From Octopus vulgaris (lineage: Eukaryota), in assembly GCA_951406725.2 (NCBI GenBank), contig OX597828.1:63984001-64048000 (forward strand): a stretch of 64,000 nucleotides of DNA. Direction: 5' to 3'. Below, in pieces: positions 54,629-64,000 of this stretch. The position numbers and the translations under genes were made by a program. Position 1 is the first letter of the stretch. Every line of letters starts with the position of its first letter. Under the pieces are notes generated by a model, which was not told the origin of the DNA, did not search any database, and worked only from the letters and a program-made list of their open reading frames with translations.

Positions 54629-55225
54629 CATTGTTATCTTGAGAAATACAGATAAACACGTACAGAAATACACACATGCACACATACATACATACATAGG
54701 CGGGCGTATGATTCTATATATAAATATACGGTCGTACACACACAGAGATATGCATATACACATCCGAAAGAGGATTAGGTGCAGGAGGTGTACAAGAAGA
54801 AAGATAAATACATACACCTATGAGCATGCATGCATAAAAAACACAAAAGACAAATATATATAGAAGAAAAAGGAAGGCAGGTTGACGGAGAGGTAGAAGT
54901 AAGAGAGAGAGAGAGAGAAAGGATGTGAGACAGAGAGAGAGAGAAATACGTAGAGAGAGAGAGGGGGCGGGAGAGAGACAAACAATTGATGACAACGGAA
55001 TGAGGTAGTGAGAAATACAGGTGTTTCTTTAAATGGTAGAGATGGATGGAAGTCATTATTTTAGCAACAAACTGAATAAACATACAGCTTAAATATTTGT
55101 TTATGTATAAATACATACAGACATGCATACATACAGAATTCCTACCTGCATTCATACAAACATACAAATTTACATATATATGCACACTGTATGCATAATA
55201 TATGCATATACATACATATACATAT

Positions 55226-55364
<139 letters not shown>

Positions 55365-55449
55365 TATTCATATATATATATATGTGAATATATTCATATA
55401 TATATATATATATACATACATATATTCATATATATATATATGTGTGTGA

Positions 55450-55544
<95 letters not shown>

Positions 55545-55623
55545 TATATGTATATATATATATATATATATGAATATATGTATATATATGTATATATACA
55601 CACATCTAAGTATCTCTCTCCCC

Positions 55624-55666
<43 letters not shown>

Positions 55667-56002
55667 CATATGCATACACTCGAACATATAATTCCTCCTG
55701 CTGTGTGCTATGTTAGTATTACCTATATTAATACATGCTTCATCTCGTCTAGGACGCGCATTGTAAAAAAAAATTGGTAAAGAAAATTGGTAAATTGCTT
55801 CTGCTTTCAGCATGTTACTAAAAAAAAAAAAGAAAACACAGAAAGAATGTGAGTCTTTGAGAATGTGAATCTGAGGAAAAATACAGAGATGCAAACGTGC
55901 ACGTATACATGCACACTGGTCCCTACCCCCCTACATACTTTCATATATTTCATGTATGTAAGTATGTACACACTCACATATATGTATATATGTATGTATA
56001 CA

Positions 56003-56039
<37 letters not shown>

Positions 56040-57216
56040 CTGTGAGAAATAGCGCGTGCGCACCGTTCCACTATATATACCGGGGTTGTAAGTAGGATTG
56101 TAGTTAGAGCGAGAAAGTCACGGATGATTTAGGAAGGAGAATCGAGGTTTGTTTCGTACAACTCAGTGGAAAGAATAAAATATCACCCGAGACATGGCAT
56201 TTAACAGGAAGAAAGCACAGGAAGAAATAATTAGCAAAGTTATCGAAATTGGAATGATTCCACTACACAATTGCCTCGTCATGTTTACCGTTTATTGTAC
56301 TAAGTTACATGCATACACACACTCACACACGCGAAGCATGCTATTATGGGGTGAGGGTCAATACAACCCAGACATTTTCTGATACATGTGTTTTGTGCAG
56401 CACGTCTTAAGGAGTAATAATATAAGAATGGAAATCGTAATGCCTCCAATACGCAGCTGACAAAAGGAATGTCTCATTATGATTTAAAAACTGTTATCAA
56501 ACCCCCACACACATATACGCACGTACATACATACACACACAAACACATAAATACTGTGTAACACTGATCGATTGTAGTCAGGTGATCATGGAGTAAACGT
56601 TGACGAAATGTTATTGGTTGCAGAAGAAGACAAGCGGCAATATTTGGAGAAAAGGAATATAAAGAAGGGAAAGTGAAGAAAATAAAAGAATCAGAGGAAG
56701 AGAAGAAAAAAAAAAGTAAAAAAAGAAATGCACAAGTTGAAAATAATGAAAGTGAAGAAGAAAAAGCAGAAAAGAAAGAAGAATAAGAAATGGGGTGGGG
56801 AGTTTATGAAAAAAAACACGAGAAAAAAGAAAAGAAAAAGAAACCAGTTATGTTGAAACTGTCTTAGCATTTCAGCAGATTTCTATAAAATGATATTTAC
56901 GAACTCGATAAATATTTGTGGCGGAATACAAATGATCTCCGTGACCTGCGGATGGCGATTTAATTCTGTTTAACGGAACAAAGGAGAAAATAATTTAGCC
57001 TTGGCATTTAATTCGTGCTGCTGTTTGGGATATGCTAAAGATAGCATTTTGATGAAGCTGTCTTGCTGTTCAAGAAAGATGTTTTATTCAAGAAGTATTT
57101 GGGAAAAATGCAGGGTTGATATTACAGCGGCTGTGGAATTTCACAAAACTTATATTTTGTGTTCGAACTTAGTGGTTATGCATTGTGGTAACAAACACAA
57201 ACACGTACTGACATGC

Positions 57217-57286
<70 letters not shown>

Positions 57287-57609
57287 GCGTAGATTCATAC
57301 GTATATGGCATGCATATTTTTAGAACATATGTCTATGAAGAAATGGTAGAAAAAAAAGGAGAAAGATTTCTAAAATTCAGAAATGATACAATAAAAAAAT
57401 AAGTTTAATGGCGGAAATAATGACAATAAAAACAAACACCGAAAACGGAATCTTTACAGGAATCTCGCTGGGATAATTCTTTTGCTTTAACAGATGGTGG
57501 TGGTTGATCATCAGTGGGTGGGTGTGTAGATGCATACGCATCCATTTAAATATGTGTATGTGTGTGTGTATATCTATATATCACTCACATATATATATAT
57601 ATATATATG

Positions 57610-57676
<67 letters not shown>

Positions 57677-57967
57677 GTATTTTGAGAGGGATAGAGGGGG
57701 ATGGAAACATATGTGCATGTCTATGCAACCACTGACAATCGCTGTCAGCGCCGCAAGAGGTCAGGCGTGTAGAGCACATACATATGGAAATGTGTCATCA
57801 ATGCACACACATACGCTCACTTACACATACATATATAACCATCGTCACTAACGCTATATGGAGGTAAATGTCAGAGTGTCTTTGTACATGTGTATGCATA
57901 TGCGTATATATTTGTATGCATTTATATACGTAAATGTATGTGTGAATGCATATATATATATATATAT

Positions 57968-58024
<57 letters not shown>

Positions 58025-58025
58025 C

Positions 58026-58581
58026 ATGTCAGGTCACTTTCGAGTGCTACTGGTAACATGTAACCCAGTACAACCTGTTGCATGATCGGGTCGTCGGCGA
58101 CTAACCCGGCAACCCCACCAAGCTTGCTTGGTGAGGAGGGTGTTTAATGGACACCCTGCGGGATGAAAAACAAAACCCGTCAAAGGGCGGAGGAACTCTT
58201 GAGCGTCAACGGCCATCCAATAAATGTCTTTAGGCTGTATCATGCGCGGGGACATAGAAATAATCGGACTGAATACCCGATCGCGCGGTTAAACCATTGG
58301 GAGTGAAGGACTCCCAGCCTTTGTTAGGGCATCCTTCTAGGAGAAGGTAACTCAAGGTAACTGGGATAACTCCGACATAAAACCTGCGGCTCAGTGGTTA
58401 CCGGTGATGTTGACTTGTTCTTCTTTTCGGATTATGGCTCCTGTTGCTTAGTGAGTGGGATTGACTCAGTGCACAGCCTTTCCTCACTTAAAAAAAATCT
58501 TTTGCACAGGCATTGTACGATAACAGCATTGATTAAGCTTCGTGCAATGGCCATACTCGATAACGAGGGGGCAGCCACCAT
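58026..58581 (+). mobile_element. GC-rich non-coding retroposon of about 555 bp, probably a non-autonomous RTE derivative
   Basis: Sharp GC-rich block between (TA)n and (CA)n. CTAGGAGAAGGTAACTC...CATAAAACCTGC resembles RTE 5' UTR motifs. Hairpins CACCAAG-CTTG-CTTGGTG and AGGGTGT-TTAATGG-ACACCCT. No transposon ORF. Confidence 0.5.
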
Positions 58582-58715
58582 ATAAACACCTACATACACA
58601 CACGTGTGTGTGTGTGAATATAAGTAATGCTACCTATCGAATGGTGATGGCCGAAATCTAGCTTCAGTAACAAGGTAAAACTCTTCGACAATGGAACTAA
58701 TGAAAACTCTTAGAT

Positions 58716-59164
58716 ATACGAGAGTGAGTCAAAAAGTAATGCCATTTTGTTTAGGACAGGTGTAATTACCAACACAGGAACATGTATCATACATCAAAAT
58801 GAAGCTGGTCCTCTGTGGATCACATCCCCACTTCTCAGCATAGTCACAGTCGCTCTCAATAGCAATGTTCTACCTTCGAATCAGAGCATGTATCCCTGCC
58901 CCGTAAAATTCTGTTGACTGTTCTTTGAGCCACTTCTTCAGTACGGTTTTCACTTCCTCGTCACTGGAATAATTTAGCGCCTTCAGACTATCATCTCTTC
59001 GGCCCTATGAAAGAGGGTTTGAGAGTCAAACATTATTCCAGTGACGAGGAAGTGAAAACTGTAGTGAAGAACTGGCTCAAAGAATAGTCAACAGAATTTT
59101 ACAGGGCGGGAATACATGCTCTCATTCAAAGGTGGAACACTGCTATTGAGAGAAACAGTGACTA
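58716..59164. mobile_element. Mariner derivative with inverted duplication of the transposase 3' end
   Basis: Starts TA-CGAGAGTGAGTCAAAAAG (mariner-type TIR). Plus strand encodes LAPSDYHLFGPMKEGLRVKHYSSDEEVKTVVKNWLKE*STEFYRAGIHALIQRWNTAIER. 58841-58973 is the reverse complement of 59032-59164. Confidence 0.88.
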
Positions 59165-59184
59165 GACTGGTACTAGACTGCATT

Positions 59185-59248
<64 letters not shown>

Positions 59249-61207
59249 GGTAGTTGTCTAATCCTTATGCAGATTCTGGCTATATCCTGTACCTACACCT
59301 TATACCCATCATGGCATCTGATGTGGCTTTTAAAACCCAAATAAATTGGACCACCAACAGCTGCAGTTAAGTTCTGATCTTTGTAGATCTTAATATTTCT
59401 TTTGAGGCCTCCGTTAGGTTTGCAGACCTTATGGCATACACGGCATTGAAAAGTGTGCACAGATATATCCTCAGAATAGATTAAAGTTACTGATTAATAT
59501 GGAAAGCGAAGGAGAATCAAAGACAAAGCAGAAAAGTAGCAAGGTAAAGGTATTGGCTCTTGTACTTAACTAGTACCGTATTTTATCGACTCCGAAAGGA
59601 TGAGAGACAAGTCTATTCTTGAGAGGAGTTAAACTCCAACTTCCGAAAGATTGCCGACATATTTTTGCCTGTAGTTATATTGGTTTCATATTTTAGCACA
59701 AAACCAGCAGTTTTGAGGCGGGTGGGTGGGTGAAGTGAGCTGATTACATCGACCCTAGTGCTCAACTGGTATTTATTTTATCGACCCCTCCAAAGGGTGA
59801 AAAGCAAAGTCGATTTCAGTGGAATTTGAACTGAGAACGTAAAGTCGGAAAAAAATACCGTAAAGCATTTTGTAACGACGCAATAGCGATTGTGTCAAAT
59901 CGCTGCCTTAATGCCTCAGAAATATTAACCCCGCTATAATATAGTAATTATATATAATATTAATTAACCATGCAACAGTAGAGGCATGTCTCGATGCAGT
60001 TGTTCAACTTGTTAGAGATAACATCTGCATTTGTATTTAAAATACGCCCAACTCTCTTTAAAAGCATATCACATATTATCTAATGTAATATTAACAAGAT
60101 TGCTTCAGTGAGAGACTCAATTTTTATTCTTTATCAAAGACATTCCTAATACGCATAGATCTGGGGGAAATACAGCATCGTCAAATTATAACTCGTCTAT
60201 TTCACCACACGACCACCCAATTCTGTGGCTTATTTCCCTTCTCCGTGAGGAAGTGATGGCTTGGGATTTAGTAAATGTCCCCATTACATTAGACCAGAAC
60301 TTCGCAACAATGATGTGATACAACATTATAACCCATCACTGAACACCGAACAGTTTATACCACTCAACCTATGGCACAATGCCAAACATATCTCAAGATA
60401 TCACACACTCAGAAATACAAGGCGCTCCAGCACACATCGTGGAATACACGTAGAACAGAGTTGGCTATACACCGTCTACACATGTATGTTTAGGTTTGGG
60501 AAAGGTTTTATAGGTTTATATGGGAAAGGTTTTATAAGAGACAGATATAGAGACAGAGAAAGACAAAGAGAGAGATAGAGAGAGCCAGAGCGAGAAAGAA
60601 AGAAAAAGAAAGAGAGAAAGAATGAAAGAGAGCGAGAAAGAATGAAAGAGAGAGAAAAAAACGAAATGATAGGATTTCGGTTTTGTTATAAGCTCTTACA
60701 TTATGGAAAAGGGCTGTAGGTTTATTTACATCCAGCATCTACCTTTCATTTCAGGTCAGATGCTGGTTGTTGTAGCATTTCATCTCAGGGTGTCTAATAG
60801 TCATAGTCAAGCACTGCAAGAAATCTGATCCAATATTCTACAGATTCTGCCGTTAAGATTATTAGACCCATTGTTTTCTTCACAAACAAGATAGATTTTA
60901 TTGTCACCTCAAAGCAGCAACAACAATTACAAAGACGATAAAACCACCACCACCACCACCACCACCACCACCACCACCACCACCAGAACGACAACAACTC
61001 TTTGACTCTATGTTTATAGAGTTTGGAGTGAGGAATCAATCGCACAGCCGTCTCCACCTGGAGGTGCCCGCGAAGCAGCTTCTATGCTATATCACCTGTA
61101 GACTTTCAAAAAATATTGTAGGAATGTAAAATAACAACCCACCCATGGTTCAAGCCTCTAGTTCGCTTGTTTATGTCCACACACACACAATATATATATA
61201 TATATAG

Positions 61208-61240
<33 letters not shown>

Positions 61241-61248
<8 letters not shown>

Positions 61249-61943
61249 GGAGAGTCAAAAATATTACGCACTCTTGTTTTTCCAATGTACTTACACATAA
61301 GCTGGGGATAAACAAGTCGTTTTTCTGCATAGTCTCCTTCCTTTTCGATTCGCTTGCTCTGACCGTCCACAAACTTGTGCTTTCCCTCCAAGAAGGAGGT
61401 CTTCCGTTGGTTGTGCAACCATTTATGCACCGCTTCTTTCACATCTTCATACGTAGGAAATCAACGACCTCGTAAACCATCTTTGAACAGCCCAAGGATA
61501 TGATCATCGGAAGGGGCGAGATCTGGGCTGTAGGCAGGGTGTTCAAGCACCTCAAAACCCAATTGGTTAATGGTTTCAACGGTCTGGGTGGCCGTGTGTG
61601 GGCGTGCATTGTCATGCAACAACAAAACTTTCTTCGACAATAGGCTTCGGCGTTTGGTGCGAATTGATGGCTTCAGTTTGTTGGCCAGCAAAGCCCTGTG
61701 TCTTGCTCTGTTGCCTTTTGCAGAGAAATCAGATCACTGCCCTTTGTTCTTCTTTGGTGAACATTACTAGTGGAGCGGCCAAGCCAATACTGTAAGGCCA
61801 GAAAGAAAAAAATGGCGCGATCAGGCTCAAACTTCGACCACGTGACCGCAATAGTACCAACTATAAGCAAGCATGCACAGAATGCAGTATAATAGTAATT
61901 AAGATATGTTATGGCGAAAGTGCGGATATTGGACTTCCCCTTA
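61241..61943 (-). mobile_element. Internally deleted mariner (DD34D) transposon relic
   Basis: LLLHDNARPHTA...LGFEVLEHPAYSPDLAPSD with 34 residues between the catalytic Asps, plus frameshifted C-terminus KEAVHKWLHNQ...EGDYAEK. Decayed TIRs GAGGGAGAGTCAAAAATATTACGCAC / GTGCGGATATTGGACTTCCCC. Confidence 0.92.
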
Positions 61944-62061
61944 TCTCTCTCTATATAAACGGCAGTTTGTCTGTGCGTTTTCTGTAAATTCGACATGGGG
62001 TCGAGAATCAGAAACAGTTATTTCCCTTACAAACCTGAGCAACGCCGGGCGATACTGCTAG
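61944..62061 (+). mobile_element. Minimal non-autonomous Helitron (118 bp)
   Basis: 5' TC(TCTCTC)TATATAAA; 3' GC-rich hairpin CCTGAGCAACGCCGGG followed by CGATACTGCTAG; inserted between A and T with no TSD. Confidence 0.78.
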
Positions 62062-62090
<29 letters not shown>

Positions 62091-62093
<3 letters not shown>

Positions 62094-62300
62094 CTTTACT
62101 CTTACTTGTTTCAGTCATTTGACTGTGGCCATGCTGGAGCATCGCCTTTAGTCGAACAAATCGACCCCAGGATTTATCCTTTGCAAGCTTAGTACTTATT
62201 CTATCGGTCTCTTTTGCTGAACCGCAAGTTACGGGGACGTAAACATTAGCATCGGTTGTCAAGAGATGTTGGGTGAGGGGAACAAACAGACACACAAACA
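62091..62300 (-). mobile_element. SINE family A 3' half
   Basis: Minus strand GGCGATGCTCCAGCATGGCCACAGTCAAATGACTGAAACAAGTAAGAGTAAAGAG; truncated in the internal (TG)n. Confidence 0.9.
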
Positions 62301-62304
62301 CACA

Positions 62305-62362
<58 letters not shown>

Positions 62363-63059
62363 ACACACATACGTATATATATCTATCTGTGTATCTCGCT
62401 CTCTAAACACACATACACAGATAAGCATAGACACAACGGAACCCTTATTTGGTTGTCTGACCTGCTAGAAATAGTAACCACATCATATCGCTGCAAATAT
62501 ATAGGGCCACACTGAACAATGTATTCCCCGGTGTACGAAGGTACGAGAAGGCCGTGGCTCTGATCATTGGTCAATTTAATCAGGACAGACCCAGAGTTAA
62601 ACAACCACAACACCAACAACAGGCTCCATATAATTCCATGGATATGTTTATACACAGAAACAGACACACAGATATACAAAGACAAACGTTTTATACATTT
62701 CTAAATCTAGTTAAGGCAACATAAACATGGAATATTTACTACTAATTATATACACACAACTAAACACTCACAGTTACACACACACGCACAGAGATAGAGA
62801 GAGATTGTTAAATGGATACATACGTACATTCATACACACTGGTATAGATGCAGCGAGCTTTACCGTAATTGATATATGCAAATACTTAACAGACATAATC
62901 ATTTTATTATACACACCAAAACTATACACCCGTATATATACAATCAAATACATCTGTATATATTATATATATACATCTGTATATATTATGAATATACGAT
63001 TAAACGCATCTTCCTTTTGATCTACTCATACTCATACTTGAAATGCTTCCATTGTCGTT

Positions 63060-63950
63060 TTAGAGCTATTTAGACTTTTGAGGTGTTTAGATACTGAAAA
63101 TTTCTATAGATGTCTAAGTCGTGTTTAGATGTGTAAGATGTGCTTAGACTTCTATGTCGTGTTTTGAAGTCATGGTTTGATGTGTTTAAATGTGTTTAGA
63201 TGTCTATGACATTTTGCCTATGACGTGTTTAATATATCTTTAGTTATCTCACTTGCGTTTTGAAATCTATATATATAAAGCTGAAGTTGTCTGTGTGTGG
63301 CAGGTTTGGTAGCCTTCAACCAACACTATCTCCTCCGAGACCGTGCGGCGCAAGTTGACCAAAATTGAGAGCATGATAGAAGAAGGCTTGCTCTTCCTTC
63401 CGTAGAAGAAAAAATTCAAACCGGACCATGTTAACACCAAAAATTATTTACATCAAAAAGGTGCTTGTTTTTTCTATATATTTCCCTATTTTTTACGATT
63501 TTTTTACCGCTGTGTTGCCATTTTTCAGTGTATTTCAATCAGAAAAATGTTTACTTAAAGAGAATAACAAGCTACATAATGCAAGATTCTTACTTTTCAA
63601 AAATTCCAATTCTAAAGGGTCGAAACAAACCCGAGCAACGCCGGGCGATACTGCTTGTTTAAATCTATTTAGACTTTTTACGATGTCTTTAGGCGACAAA
63701 GTTGTTTTTATGTCTCATTCGTGTTTAGATACATAAGATGTGTTTAGAGGTTTCAATAATGTTTTTCATCTTAGATGTTTTTACATACCGAACGTGTTTT
63801 GATATTGAGAATATCTATAGACATCTAAGTCAAGCTTTGATCTTTCAGATGTGTTAAGATGTCTATGATGTGTTTAGATATCCAAGGCGCTTTGGTTCAG
63901 TCGTGTTCAGATGTCTTATACGTGTTCAGATGGTCTCAGATATGCTTCCT
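63060..63950. repeat. Degenerate short-period tandem repeat (GTGTTTAGATGTCTAAGA-like), split by a Helitron
   Basis: GTGTTTAGAT / GATGTCTA motifs recur at 63060-63260 and 63660-63950. Confidence 0.75.
63266..63657 (+). mobile_element. Non-autonomous Helitron (about 390 bp)
   Basis: A|TCTATATATATAAAG...TTGTCTGTG start; 3' ACAAACCCGAGCAACGCCGGGCGATACTGCTTG|T, nearly identical to the end of 61944-62061 (CTAG mutated to CTTG). Confidence 0.8.
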
Positions 63951-64000
63951 TCTTTAGAGACACCGACTGGGAGGGAGGGTTAGCTGAGGTTTTATTTTGA

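Noticed and set aside
56040-56085. TATATATAG in a GC-rich patch as a TATA-box promoter
   Set aside because: Indistinguishable from the ubiquitous short (TA)n runs, with no supporting exon.

Overview
Eukaryotic, AT-rich and microsatellite-dense DNA. The SINE/LINE repertoire and (TA)n/(CA)n/(CTAT)n load suggest an octopus (coleoid cephalopod) genome; this is an inference. Nearly all ORFs in the supplied track are translations of simple repeats. One host coding exon is well supported: a 124-nt minus-strand filamin-type Ig-repeat exon at 2777-2900 with canonical AG/GT boundaries. Most of the rest of the window is probably its large upstream intron(s). A plausible first exon (TCAGTT initiator, ATG-free leader, MTQVR, GTGAGT donor in matching phase) lies about 51.5 kb upstream at 54415-54628. 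Mobile elements include a young 5'-truncated CR1-type LINE with about 750 uninterrupted codons (12383-14717), an old CR1 relic, an R4/Dong-like fragment in (TAA)n, an L1/Tx1-like 3' end in (GAT)n, three SINE families, mariner relics and two non-autonomous Helitrons. The most notable signals are: (i) minimal type-I hammerhead ribozyme motifs in (TA)n-embedded Penelope-like fragments, including a head-to-head hammerhead palindrome at 48041-48156 and other fold-backs that pivot inside the ribozyme; (ii) a LINE/SINE shared 3' stem-loop with a compensatory base-pair change; (iii) several long intronic hairpins that could be A-to-I editing substrates. All alignments and folds were done by eye.
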